IMG/VR virus record: IMGVR_UViG_3300046787_000286
Coordinates: 1 to 64,000 of that record
Strand: one strand, 5' to 3'
DNA: 64,000 nucleotides
Shown here: positions 13,201 to 19,855 of the stretch, piece by piece
How positions within the stretch are numbered: the first letter of the stretch is position 1
Layout: each line of letters opens with the position of its first letter
Made by a program: the position numbers and the translations under genes
The notes under the pieces: model-generated
Database searches by the model: none
The model's input: only the letters and a program-made list of their open reading frames with translations
What the model was told of the DNA's origin: nothing

Positions 13201-15566
13201 GTTACTATGCGCCTACTGTTAATCAGCCAGGTGTGCAACTTCCATTAGTAATCGACGGAGTAGAATATCCTGGGGTGCAAGTTACAGGTCCAGACTTTAA
13301 TCAGAATACTGGTTTTGACATTGGAAACTTTGACATCAACCCATACGATAACTTGTCATACGGTCCAGAAGGACGCCCTACATATGATCCTGCTATCCTT
13401 GATGCAATTTATGAAAGTCCATACTTAGACCCGTTCCTTGGCACTCGTGCTACAGACGTTAATGTTGACGGCGGAGCATACGTTGATACATTCTCGAGCT
13501 TTGCTCCTGAAGAATTAGTTCCTGGCGCAGAGTTTGATACGCTTGATATGCGCATCTACACACGCCCTGGCTCAGATTGGGCAGCGGACGGACACGGGTT
13601 TAATTCGTATTCGTTTGCAATTGAAGTAAGTGAGCTTCCGCAGACTTACAATTTTGAATCGTGGTACACTTATGTTCCGTATCTAGTAACTGGGTTGTTA
13701 ACAAACCAAACAACCGGGGTTGAAATGCTACAAGGCATTAACTTTACTGTTAACTGGGGTGCAAAAGAGTTTACTATCACTTCAGGTTGTAATGTTGGCG
13801 ACTCACTAGTTGGCACAGCATACAGCGCAGGCGGCGGCAATCAATTGTACCGTAACAATTATGTTGGCAACGAGATTGTTTCTAACACAGTTAATGTTCC
13901 AGTATTGTTTACACAAATTCAAGAAGTTGATGTGTGGGTAAACGGTGCACCTTACACTAATGTAACTTACACCGCAGGTACAAATAATACAACTAATGTA
14001 TCGTTTGGGAACACGTTTACTAGCAGCGACTCAGTGGTTGTATATGTGCTAGGACCAACAACGCTTAACGGCACTCAGGTAAACTACAGTTGGAGTGCTC
14101 CTGTAACACAATATATTGTGGCTAACGGATCATCGTTGATATTTGATCTTGACAACAGTACAGATTATACAAACCCTGCTAACATGGTTGTTACTGTAAA
14201 TGGTGTTAGAGCAAGAACTGCCGGCGGAGTTGAATATTATGCTGACGGTAGTTCTGCATACTTGCTACCTGAACGATTGGGATTTAGCGATTCGATGGTT
14301 GCTGACAACGAAGTATTAGTTTATATCAATGATATTCCTCAAACACTTGGGTCTGACTTTATTGTAGAACCATACACTGGTGATCATCGACATGTTGTGT
14401 TTAACACAGCACCAGCCGACGGTGAGAGAATTTTGATTGCAGTTACAACAAATACTCAGGCACGTATTGACAGCGGTACTAACTTGTATTTTGATCCATC
14501 GCAAGGATTGATTCCAGTTGCGGGCGATATAATTACAGTTACTACCTGGAATGACACTCGTCAGCAAGACATTGTTACTACTGTATATGTTGGGCCAGTG
14601 CAATCGGGAGCTACTGTAACAGAAGGTTTTGACACTACAGATTATTCTCCAGCTACATTGAATAGTACTCCGGGAAGTTTTGATTACACTGCTGGTATTA
14701 TTGTTACTAACAACGAGCTATATCTGCCACGACCTGTTACAAACCCAGATCGTTTGTGGGTATCGTTAAACGGTAGAATATTGTTCTTTGGTGAAGATTA
14801 TACTATTGTAAACGACGAGATTATTTTAGCTAGAGGTGTTATTAATACCAATGACGTTGTAATGATTACTGAGTTTACAAATAGTATCAGCCCAGATGCT
14901 ATTGCGTTCCGTATATTCCAGGACATGCGTGGCGTCCAAGTAACTTTCAAAATTACACCTAACTCTACTACTGCGTTGGCGCAGACCCTCGGGGAGAATG
15001 ATGATGTGATTTATGTTGATGATGCGTCAGCTTTAGACGAACCAGAAATTACATCTAATATCTGGGGAGTATTGACTATCGGTGGCGAAAGAATTATGTA
15101 CCGAAATAGAGATATTGTTAATAACACTGTTAGCAGCCTACGTCGTGGCACTGCTGGCACTGCTATTACATCACATGAAGCAAGCACAGTTGTGTATGCA
15201 ATGGGTCGTGGTGAGGCTATGCCTACTGAATTCCAGAACTATATTGACAGCAACTACTTCTTGGGCAACGGGTCTACTGTGTCATTTGAAGCAACTAATA
15301 TTACATTCAGCGATACTGATAGTACATTAGAAGTTGATGCAGTTGAAGTTTGGGTAGGAGGTTCTAGAGTAACAAGTGGGTACACTATTACGGGGTCTAA
15401 CCCAGTTGGTGTCGAATTTGATATTGCACCCGCAGCCGGTACCGGGATTACTATTTTGGTACGTCGCGGTGTAAATTGGTATCAACCTGGTGTGAATACC
15501 CCAAGTGATGGTGTTGCGTTGCAAGATACTAACACTCCTGCGGCAAGGTTCTTACGCGGGCTGTAA
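1239..15566 (+). CDS. Giant (4775 aa) baseplate/tail-associated structural protein with FG-GAP-like blades, CBM5/12-like and Ig-like repeats
   Basis: N-terminus 'RTVEFLPEIFQT..NKQFLAATLDQL' is typical of wedge (gp7-like) proteins. Seven 'FG.S.A...L.VGAPG'-type motifs and three 'W....Y..G..V...G..W.A' motifs. Thr/Val/Asn-rich beta composition. Confidence 0.75.
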   Translation: MARVRTVEFLPEIFQTSTNKQFLAATLDQLVQEPAFTKIQGFVGRRVGPGVNPSDEYIKEETDVRTNYQLEPGVVIKKYDTNEVRDVITYPGITDAMGLAGGFTDNSDRLYTSDYYTWDPFIDLDKFSNFSQYYWIPAGPNSVDVFAGQLPLTDTFDVVRENGVYTFGGISGDNPVIRLVRGGSYNFNVAQNSKETVNYRVTNDGISSFVIDYQNNPTLTLVRGNTYVFNLTRNEYAFYIKTDDTLGTTNQYTSGVTNNGSVNGRVTFTVPQDAPDTLYYCNDVQRNLKGTLNIVDAVPGTGPGFWIQVDPGVDGKLISTPNISSRDVFGVVNNGEDLGTVTFNVPLATDQNFYYSLTNINSSLTTNGVDLVTSLKFNQINNVFVDQFLIQNPTGIDGITNLDGKTVIFLEQQSDAEAGGWEVTTQFDPLVESSDNNGRLGSYDTTLFDQTTIINPAQRYSVWQISYVTTEGGNKYLKLNPVIAVNNLEKFSILSGTAYSSTEWFKNSVGVFEQVPLLTAVKTTLYYQDATDPEIFGRIQIVDEQNAGTLDVNEIIGKKNYTSPNGVVFTNGLKITFIGNVEPASYQNNSYYIEGVGTAIKLLPVGNFVTPETYTQSATIPYDSSAYDVGNFDASLNQPLVPDYLTINRASLDLNPWTRSNRWFHIDVINASAEYNNTVPVLDNNFRAKRPIIEFRAGTRLFDFGTEGKEPVDIIDFAATDALSTINGSVGYSIDGYSFINGSRVIFAADADPAVRNKIYVVEFITPDTVAPLIAEPIINLVPASDADIKAEQTVVCLSGIIQQGKSFYFDGVEWLESQQKTQTNQAPLFNVYDINGVSLGDRITYPSTNFVGSRLFSYAVGTGTDDTVLGFPLKYLSLSNVGDIVFDNNLYSDQFTYTKDSVSNTEFISQGSVREYSTRIAYVKEIGWQPAAAKSAARQQFSFTYDGSPLVLDIPVDTTSVFPALQIYVSGIFIDPNDYTYTVTNDTTTIVINTVDEFGGIGSNIEVDALSNLTSKYGFYQVPVNLENNPLNGNSKTFTLGTVRSHYESIGENLKGLTGKINGANNSRDLGNIIPYGENILQQSSPMTLAGYFMRSQEYNIFASLEYNSREYEKFKAQLLDTVTRNDYTNYTIPNMLTAAINDINTGKIETSPFYWSDMLPASSIYSQNVVKITPISTNVFDLSTTYDFTSSNYKGLLVYLNDTLLTIDKDYTVSSDSPQLTITATLAVGNTVTIREYPTTNGNFVPNTPTKMGLYPAYRPRIYVDTNYVNPQTMILGHDGSLTVAFGDFRDELLLEFETRIFNNLKVHSKIPVTAVDVIPGQFRTTDYTLNEINTILSTDFLSWIGWNKLNYQSQDYVSTNEFTWNYSACGNKLTGPNEVPVPVGAWRGLYQFFYDTTSPNTTPWEMLGFSIEPTWWEDVYGAAPYTSDNLVLWDDLAAGKVADPSGEYYLPQYARPRLTEVIPTGTEGELLSPFDSVVGTYDSSQFQKSWAVGDEGPVEYSWRRSSSYPFAVMRLLALTRPAEFFSLFADRDLYKFDTDYNQYLYNGRYRLDANGVQVYGLGTSKASFINWIVDYNQQTGVHTSENLTKDLASLDVRLCYRVGAFTDKQYLKIYTEKSSPNSLNSSLLLPDESYSLMLYKNQPFERIIYSSVIFQMVENGYAVYGYSITAPYFNTLVSKTYGTKTTISAGGQSITVPTQYTDEVVQVPYGYVFTNKTVVIDFLLSYGALLEQQGVVFSDRENGYTLNWNQMAQEFLYWANQGWEPGAVINLNPTAFSLTAIQPQAIIDSIVAQTPENSILDQNRSTVPVRNLVVDRNENVFKVSTLNEQTISYLDLKFTNYESIVVLDNISVFNDLIYEPVTGARQSRINVTAIINSDWNGQLDAQGFIFNNSATIEPWSSLKKYAKGEIVTYKNNYWAAQTIVQPKLEFDYSDWVKSDYTKIQKGLLQNLPNLSDQLANSYNTNSANLETDQDLVSFGLIGFRPREYMSALNLDDVSQVNVYKQFLKDKGTIRSIQLIGNAKADKEVAEYSLYENWAILRGAYGATANKSFIELRLNEALLLADPATIQIVNVGQESQADQQILLSDLWRQSYKIPTTDVFPTTTTPIQDSSLPTAGYVNLDDVDITVFSLDANLALAPGVLNSIGAGTTIWAAKINAYDWGVYRCMPVPGSVQQVTSNLNSTAIVTFTGKHNLALNDIIVIQNFASSVDGVHRVLSVPSANTVVIEAPITRNVIGSGVAVVLRTMRVSQASDVINLSYANELTAGAKAWVDDNGSGLWQVLEKQTPFSQTTVDSLPLDTPVYGAQFGSSVAQGNQNIIAAVGAPGYRTPYEESTPIGAVYPYLRDNSNRYAENTILNLGTTGTLGYGNAVDIGYQSWLAAGASASNNNMGYASAVYRAEDSNSFEQRQLLVAPDQDFGSGEFGYSVSVSKDEQWMYVGAPGNNKVYAFARRDVELQVSRHTTNGVTKIYSFTNEIVIDPEYPEQLSVVYNNKLLTYGVDYSVTGTSVVLTTLPPADQLVIIQRKQGQILDTQTYYDLSQDSTSGAGTGAVFTITNTRGEYFVTISSLGEDYVVSDTVTFDGSTLGTENSLPSTPTTPANDLVLTVTGVDDNGGITAFTISGNGITNNYIFPINPYLYGIENIWSMSVTVNGILQRPFIDYDFNTDSAEAFDIVFNTVPAAGTNIAVTAKTQFTFVDTLSVTGLSPIDRFGTSLAQTDGGRFVVVGASDANTTANKSGASYVFSRGFIKYIIDDASQTTFELPAAFNSPAAVILNGQYLTNSAQYINGQYSIVGTDVILNSSVVLNVGDVIEIENNIFHLIQTVAAGTPSDNAKFGSSLDICPTNCSLYIGSPTDSSVQARAGSVDRYVNQSRLYGVITSTNEYPTLVPGGTILVSGFEVTLSTPETWDSLVEYAKGDFVITNGDIYEAIRTVPVPTQITNTDYWKASSWIELLSSDINSASLPNITSSVRNGLMTISVINSDAATEFNKLSVLPGITSTLFDDVGFDVYVHTQTITSPYPSVNANFGTSLAISSDALTLIVGAPGGNTYEPVTFDDNTTVFDDRSTAFFSSVIEGGVVYSYDMLQSANSSIANPVKFVFGQQIYNSGVEPLDQWGTAVSYVSGRLLVGAPGSDLGDSSVNYGKVGVFENTTNRPAWYPIHVQEPTADVTLFNNVYMYNKLQSSKTYFLDYINPLQGKILGAARQNIDFIGSDDPAKYNAGPMNNNGNFWAEENVGKIWWDIRSARFIDPSQNDIVYTSRRWGQLFPGSTVDIYQWVESAVPPASYSGQGTPLNVTSYTVRTNLNQQGVFVTSYYFWVSGIDIINTNAGKTLSTTGIARYIENPRSSGISYIAPINSSTIALYNSIEYLSASDTIINIGFDRERNDDNIHTEYELIAQDSPDSFLSDNLYKKLQDSFCGVNAAGALVPDVTLSPAERYGVQFRPRQSMFVDRFNALNNYLTYSNSVLAKFPITETRSFILLNSLEPEPTAASGEWNKRLNNIQELSYQNLSEVNIGYKYLIDSDSSNGGLWTIYTVVQGTDLIGAPRYTQLSRVQNYDTRKYWSYINWFETGYNNTQVLVAEVPIYADLVTIELTTPVGASVKVTANAQNKWEIYQRIVDGWTRVGLEDGTIAFSDVLWDYAAGRFGFDVEVFDVQYFDSEPVIETRKIIQAINEELFIDDLAIYRNKALILAFNYMLSEFEAPEWLTKTSLIDVNHKIRELLPFQIFRQDNQDFVLDYIQEVKPYHVQIREFNLTYNGQDLYDGQMTDFDVPAYYDRLLDIPRYISPVLLPYTKSGAVGTGTPNGDSDAYSDAEVWTRWPWSQWYTNYLLSIESVNMIAGGTGYTEPPLVTVTGECEVPAELEAVINSAGAVVAINVIEPGVGYSTTAVITITEGNGVGARAYAVMGNQLVRSIKTTIKYDRCEYTSTIVNWEANTTYAAGSLVRYEDQVWEADSSITTATFDPDFWTQVPANILGAADRVQGYYAPTVNQPGVQLPLVIDGVEYPGVQVTGPDFNQNTGFDIGNFDINPYDNLSYGPEGRPTYDPAILDAIYESPYLDPFLGTRATDVNVDGGAYVDTFSSFAPEELVPGAEFDTLDMRIYTRPGSDWAADGHGFNSYSFAIEVSELPQTYNFESWYTYVPYLVTGLLTNQTTGVEMLQGINFTVNWGAKEFTITSGCNVGDSLVGTAYSAGGGNQLYRNNYVGNEIVSNTVNVPVLFTQIQEVDVWVNGAPYTNVTYTAGTNNTTNVSFGNTFTSSDSVVVYVLGPTTLNGTQVNYSWSAPVTQYIVANGSSLIFDLDNSTDYTNPANMVVTVNGVRARTAGGVEYYADGSSAYLLPERLGFSDSMVADNEVLVYINDIPQTLGSDFIVEPYTGDHRHVVFNTAPADGERILIAVTTNTQARIDSGTNLYFDPSQGLIPVAGDIITVTTWNDTRQQDIVTTVYVGPVQSGATVTEGFDTTDYSPATLNSTPGSFDYTAGIIVTNNELYLPRPVTNPDRLWVSLNGRILFFGEDYTIVNDEIILARGVINTNDVVMITEFTNSISPDAIAFRIFQDMRGVQVTFKITPNSTTALAQTLGENDDVIYVDDASALDEPEITSNIWGVLTIGGERIMYRNRDIVNNTVSSLRRGTAGTAITSHEASTVVYAMGRGEAMPTEFQNYIDSNYFLGNGSTVSFEATNITFSDTDSTLEVDAVEVWVGGSRVTSGYTITGSNPVGVEFDIAPAAGTGITILVRRGVNWYQPGVNTPSDGVALQDTNTPAARFLRGL

Positions 15567-15573
15567 AACTAGG

Positions 15574-15579
15574 TAAATA
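15574..15579 (+). promoter_or_regulatory. Putative late promoter core TAAATA
   Basis: TAAATA lies 4 nt before ATG 15584; the same core precedes several other genes (T4-like late consensus TATAAATA). Confidence 0.55.
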
Positions 15580-15583
15580 GTTC

Positions 15584-15742
15584 ATGGATCAAAAAGATAG
15601 CAATGCACAACAACCCAAGGAGACTGTGGAACAGCAGTCTCCTAAAAAGCGCCCAAATGAAACTGGGAGTATTAGTGTTGAAGGCTTTGTAAGTATTTTT
15701 GATCCAAATACAAAAGAAAAATTTGTGGAGAAACGAGCATGA
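15584..15742 (+). CDS. 52-aa protein (missed by ORF track), paralogous to the N-terminus of the next gene
   Basis: MDQKDSNAQQPKETVEQQSPKKRPNETGSISVEGFVSIFDPNTKEKFVEKRA*; ATGA overlap with 15739. Confidence 0.7.
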   Translation: MDQKDSNAQQPKETVEQQSPKKRPNETGSISVEGFVSIFDPNTKEKFVEKRA

Positions 15743-16344
15743 TTCAGCCTGGTTTGGCTAAAATTGAAGGGTTTGTAAAAATTCACGACCCTGTTAGCAA
15801 AGAAGTATTTGTTGACAAAAAGAACGCTATTCATTACGAAAACATTAGTATTGCAATGGCTCAGACTTTGAGCAATAGAGATCTGGGCTGGATATACACT
15901 ATGGCGTTTGGTAATGGCGGAAGTTCAGTTGACCCAACTGGAGTTATTACGTATTTGCCACCGAACACTACTGGCCAGAACGCTGATTTGTATAACGAAA
16001 CGTATGCAAAAGTAGTTGATGATAATTCAAGCGCAAACACTGATGCCACCAACAACAAAATGACAGTACTACATACAACTGGTAAAGTTTATACTGATAT
16101 TCTTGTAACATGTTTGTTAGATTACGGCGAGCCACCAGGGCAACAAGCGTTTGATAATTCAACAAACTTCAACGGTGAATATGTATTTGACGAATTAGGA
16201 CTAAAGTGCTGGAATGGTGCAGTAGACAATCTAAGATTGATTACACACGTAATTTTTCACCCAGTACAAAAGAGTTTGAACCGTCAGATTCAAATTGATT
16301 ATACATTACGAATCCAAACTTTGACTAATTTAAGTCAAGCGTAA
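15739..16344 (+). CDS. Virion structural protein (baseplate/tail-fibre attachment-like)
   Basis: 201 aa within the structural block. 'AFGNGG...L..ETY.K' and 'FDELGL' motifs resemble phage tail-collar/gp53-H-type N-terminal proteins. Confidence 0.55.
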   Translation: MIQPGLAKIEGFVKIHDPVSKEVFVDKKNAIHYENISIAMAQTLSNRDLGWIYTMAFGNGGSSVDPTGVITYLPPNTTGQNADLYNETYAKVVDDNSSANTDATNNKMTVLHTTGKVYTDILVTCLLDYGEPPGQQAFDNSTNFNGEYVFDELGLKCWNGAVDNLRLITHVIFHPVQKSLNRQIQIDYTLRIQTLTNLSQA

Positions 16345-16361
16345 TATGTATAGATTATCGG

Positions 16362-16371
16362 TAAATAAATA
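16362..16371 (+). promoter_or_regulatory. Putative late promoter (tandem TAAATAAATA)
   Basis: Intergenic, upstream of RBS GGAG and ATG 16396. Confidence 0.55.
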
Positions 16372-16395
16372 AATTAAGGACACGGAGTAACCCAA

Positions 16396-17685
16396 ATGGC
16401 ATATACAATCAATCTAACTGATGGCGCAATCTTTGCTACTATTGCAGACGGCACTATCAACACATCTAGTTCAATGATTTTAGTAGGTAAGAACTACGCT
16501 GGCTACGGCGAGTTTATAGACGAAAACTTCATCCACTTGCTAGAAAATTCATCAAACACAACAGCCCCGGGCGCACCACTAACTGGTCAGATCTGGTGGG
16601 ATTCCGGCAATGGAATTTTAAACGTTTACAACGGCTCTGCCTGGAAACGTATCGGTGGTGCAACTGCAAGCGCAAGTGCTCCGAGTGGCGCAACAAGCGA
16701 GCAGGGCGACTTGTGGTATGATTCAACCAACGCACAGTTGAAAGTTTATACTGGAGCTGCTTGGTTATTAGTTGGCCCAGCGTTTACTGCTGGCACTGGA
16801 ACCACAGGCGCGATTGTTGACACTATTGTTGATAACGTTGCTGTTAGCCACGTTGTTATTAAATTCTATGTTGAAGATAGCGTTGTAGCAATTATGAGCA
16901 AAGATGCTACCTTTACTCCACAGTCGTCTATTACAGGATTTACAACAGTTCGTCCAGGCATGACAATGGCAACAACAGTTGGCGGCCAAACTCCATTGTT
17001 CCAAGGAACTGCAACAGATTCACAATTGCTCGACGGTATTGATTCTACAGGCTTTTTGAGCGCAACTAGTAACGATACTACAACTGGTACACTAGGTATC
17101 TTGAATGATTCTGGTCTATCAGTTGGTCAAGATAGCGATGCTAAGTTGAGCGTTTCTGGCGCAGGTGTTGTTACACTTGCTAACCAAACAAGCGGCCAAA
17201 ATATGACATTCTCTGTTAACGTTGGCGGAACCCCAACTACTGCATTGACAATCTACGGTGCAAACGGTACAGTAAGTGGTAATCAAATTAATGCTAACTA
17301 TGCCGACGTTGCAGAACGTTTTGCAGCAGACGAAGTATACGAAGCAGGTACTGTTGTTGAGCTCGGTGGCGCTAATGAAATTACAAGAGTTACTTCGGAC
17401 CTAAGCGATAAAGTATTTGGTGTCATAAGTACTAGAGCAGCTTATCTAATGAACAGCGCCGCTGGTAATGATGAAACTCATCCTCCAGTTGCTATGACCG
17501 GTCGTGTTCCAGTTAAAGTCATTGGACAAATTAACAAAGGTGATCGTTTAGTATCAGCAGGTAACGGTATTGCAAGAGCTGCACAACCAGGCGAAGCAAC
17601 AGCTTTCAACGTTATCGGTCGTAGCCTAACTGCCAAGGCAGACTCAAGTCTAGGCACAGTTGAAGCGATTGTAACGATCAAATAA
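16396..17685 (+). CDS. Tail fibre protein with C-terminal intramolecular chaperone (peptidase G2/S74-like)
   Basis: N-terminal 'GKNYAGYGE...ENF.HLLEN...P...GQIWWD' fibre anchor. C-terminal 'YADVAERF...YEAGTVV..GG..EIT...GVIS...P.AMTGRVPVKV' autocleavage chaperone pattern. Confidence 0.75.
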   Translation: MAYTINLTDGAIFATIADGTINTSSSMILVGKNYAGYGEFIDENFIHLLENSSNTTAPGAPLTGQIWWDSGNGILNVYNGSAWKRIGGATASASAPSGATSEQGDLWYDSTNAQLKVYTGAAWLLVGPAFTAGTGTTGAIVDTIVDNVAVSHVVIKFYVEDSVVAIMSKDATFTPQSSITGFTTVRPGMTMATTVGGQTPLFQGTATDSQLLDGIDSTGFLSATSNDTTTGTLGILNDSGLSVGQDSDAKLSVSGAGVVTLANQTSGQNMTFSVNVGGTPTTALTIYGANGTVSGNQINANYADVAERFAADEVYEAGTVVELGGANEITRVTSDLSDKVFGVISTRAAYLMNSAAGNDETHPPVAMTGRVPVKVIGQINKGDRLVSAGNGIARAAQPGEATAFNVIGRSLTAKADSSLGTVEAIVTIK

Positions 17686-17698
17686 TTAGGAATCAATA

Positions 17699-18673
17699 AT
17701 GACTTATTCAGTAGGTGGATTAATACAAGCAACAGATTATAACGGGTTTGCTAGCACTACCGCTAGCGGCAACGTTAATAGTATTTGGGGAACAGGTGCT
17801 GGTACTTACGGTTACGGTCAGTCAACCACTTTGTCAACAGTAGCAGCTGGTGGTACTGTAACCGCAACACAATGGGCCGACTTGGTTAATAGAATTAGTT
17901 CTATTGCAAGTCACCAAGGCACAACAATAACTGCACGTACCGCACCAGTGGCTGGTAATACAATTGCAATTCTAAATGCAGTTGCAACTGACTTGTCTAC
18001 TTGTTTTACTAACCGTAACAATGCAGTTAGCTCGGGCAGTACTATTACCCCGGCTACTGGAACTTGGTGGCAGGCGACAAATACTCCAAACGCTGCTTGG
18101 ACAATCACAACAACCCATACAATTACATTCGCTAACGCAGCAGCGGCACGTTATTTCTTTAACTCCGGTGGCTTGATTAAATGGGACGTTGCAAAAACAT
18201 CTACTGGTACAGAAGCTGATACAGAATGGAACGATCTAGCGCAAACGCTAGTAGGGGACATTTACCTCAGCGGCGCTAACACTTCGCATACAATTAATGG
18301 TACTGCATACACTGGAACTACCAAGTCGGGCGGAACAGGAACTCCTACTACGTTAAACACCACAGTTGGGTTCTACAACTTAACCACTGTGGCAACTACT
18401 TTGTACGACCAATTTGCAGATAGTTCTCCTTACACCAGTGACCATATTAGAATACAAGGCACAGTTAACGATAATACAAATCCAACAGTATTGACTTTAA
18501 CTACAGCATGGATCAACGCTAGTTCAGCTACACCAGGTTCTACTGAAATTATTACAGGCGGCGCTGCTGGTACTGGACCAACTACAGTTGTTAACTATAT
18601 TGCACCTGAAACAACTTATATCGCTAACACTTGGGGCGCAATTAGTATTTCTGCTACTACCGGAGTAGCGTAA
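17699..18673 (+). CDS. Tail fibre-like / virion structural protein
   Basis: 324 aa, Thr/Ala/Gly-rich; 'GYGQ...TVTATQW..L' and 'ARYFFNSGG' motifs; follows the tail fibre gene. Confidence 0.6.
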   Translation: MTYSVGGLIQATDYNGFASTTASGNVNSIWGTGAGTYGYGQSTTLSTVAAGGTVTATQWADLVNRISSIASHQGTTITARTAPVAGNTIAILNAVATDLSTCFTNRNNAVSSGSTITPATGTWWQATNTPNAAWTITTTHTITFANAAAARYFFNSGGLIKWDVAKTSTGTEADTEWNDLAQTLVGDIYLSGANTSHTINGTAYTGTTKSGGTGTPTTLNTTVGFYNLTTVATTLYDQFADSSPYTSDHIRIQGTVNDNTNPTVLTLTTAWINASSATPGSTEIITGGAAGTGPTTVVNYIAPETTYIANTWGAISISATTGVA

Positions 18674-18711
18674 CCTAATTTAGGTTAACCAAAAGGGCCT
18701 TAGGGCCCTTT
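18671..18711 (+). terminator. Intrinsic terminator region (two hairpins)
   Basis: TAACCT-AATTT-AGGTTA, then AAGGGCC-TTAG-GGCCCTT followed by a T-rich tract, at the end of the structural operon. Confidence 0.65.
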
Positions 18712-18737
18712 ACTTTTATTCATCCTTCCTGTATACT
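18709..18737 (+). promoter_or_regulatory. sigma70-like promoter TTTACT-17-TATACT
   Basis: Correct 17-nt spacing, immediately before ATG 18744, at the head of the glycan island. Confidence 0.55.
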
Positions 18738-18743
18738 GTTTAA

Positions 18744-19049
18744 ATGAATACTGAAAACATTGTTGCACACGCACGAGCTCGGTTTGATCACGAGAGTGCA
18801 AAACGAGTACTTAAAGAAAAATACCAGGCCAAACTGATATTTGCCCACAACGGCGGCATGTTTAGAGCAACTCCTGAACTGCTTGCATTTGTGCAAAGCT
18901 GGCCTATTGCCGAACTGTATATTGCAGACTTGTATAACAACCCAATTGAAGTAGACAAACAAGTATTCCTAGTAAAGTTGCAGCAACACTACCATGAACA
19001 AATGAATGCTTGGCATGTAGAGTATACAGAAATGAGCAACAAACGATGA
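18744..19049 (+). CDS. Hypothetical protein (possible fibre assembly chaperone)
   Basis: 101 aa helical protein; ATGA-coupled to the next gene. Confidence 0.6.
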   Translation: MNTENIVAHARARFDHESAKRVLKEKYQAKLIFAHNGGMFRATPELLAFVQSWPIAELYIADLYNNPIEVDKQVFLVKLQQHYHEQMNAWHVEYTEMSNKR

Positions 19050-19855
19050 CCACAGGCGCACTGATATTTGCGTTCAACAATGAAAAAACTGATTACGTTA
19101 AGATGGCCACTTGGTGTGCTAAAAGGATTCGTGCGCACCTCGACATTCCGGTTGCAATCGTCACAGATAACACAAACAGTGGATTACATCAACAATTTGA
19201 TCATGTCATTAACGCAGGAGCGCAAACCGGGGGTTCTAGATACTTTGAAGATTATGCAGACTCTGTGTCGTGGCACAACGCCGGAAGAACTGACGCTTAT
19301 AACTTATCTCCATTTGAGCAAACCCTTGTACTCGATTCCGATTACGTGGTCTGCGGTGATCAATTACAGCAAGTCTTAAACGCTCCGCAGGACTTTCTAG
19401 CACATAGAGCAGCATTTAATGTTGCTCGCCCCGAAGAACCTTTTTTAGACACATTCGGGCGCAACAAATTTCCCATGTGGTGGGCCACAGTAATGATGTT
19501 TCGTAAAAGCCCTACAGCACAATACATTTTTGATTGTATGGAAATGATCAAACACAATTGGCAGCACTACAGAAACTTATACGGAATAACAGAACACCAT
19601 TACCGTAACGACTATGCACTAAGCATTGCATTGGGTATTGTGAGTGGGCACACACTAAAAGTAGATTCGATTCCTTGGCCATTGATGAGTGCTATGCCTG
19701 ATACAGAATTAACAAGAGACACGTATGGCAGTGCCGAAGCCTGGATCATGAAGTATGCAGGCCGTGACGGAAAGCCTAAAAGTGTTAGCATTGCAGGGCA
19801 AGACTTTCATGCAATGGGTAAAAAGTATTTGGAGGCAATAATTGACGCCAGTTGA
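19046..19855 (+). CDS. GT-A fold glycosyltransferase-like (GT8-like)
   Basis: Start reassigned to ATG 19046 (ATGA overlap). 'TLVLDSDYVV' DxD motif, 'WWATVMMF', 'RNDYALSIA'. Confidence 0.65.
   Translation: MTTGALIFAFNNEKTDYVKMATWCAKRIRAHLDIPVAIVTDNTNSGLHQQFDHVINAGAQTGGSRYFEDYADSVSWHNAGRTDAYNLSPFEQTLVLDSDYVVCGDQLQQVLNAPQDFLAHRAAFNVARPEEPFLDTFGRNKFPMWWATVMMFRKSPTAQYIFDCMEMIKHNWQHYRNLYGITEHHYRNDYALSIALGIVSGHTLKVDSIPWPLMSAMPDTELTRDTYGSAEAWIMKYAGRDGKPKSVSIAGQDFHAMGKKYLEAIIDAS

Noticed and set aside
214-15524. Short ORFs antisense or out of frame within the baseplate and giant structural genes
   Set aside because: Shadows of long, motif-rich real CDSs; no RBS or recognisable domains.
1239-18673. 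Diversity-generating retroelement, intein or intron in the structural genes
   Set aside because: No reverse transcriptase, no template/variable repeat pair noticed, and no intein C/HN splice motifs or frame breaks.
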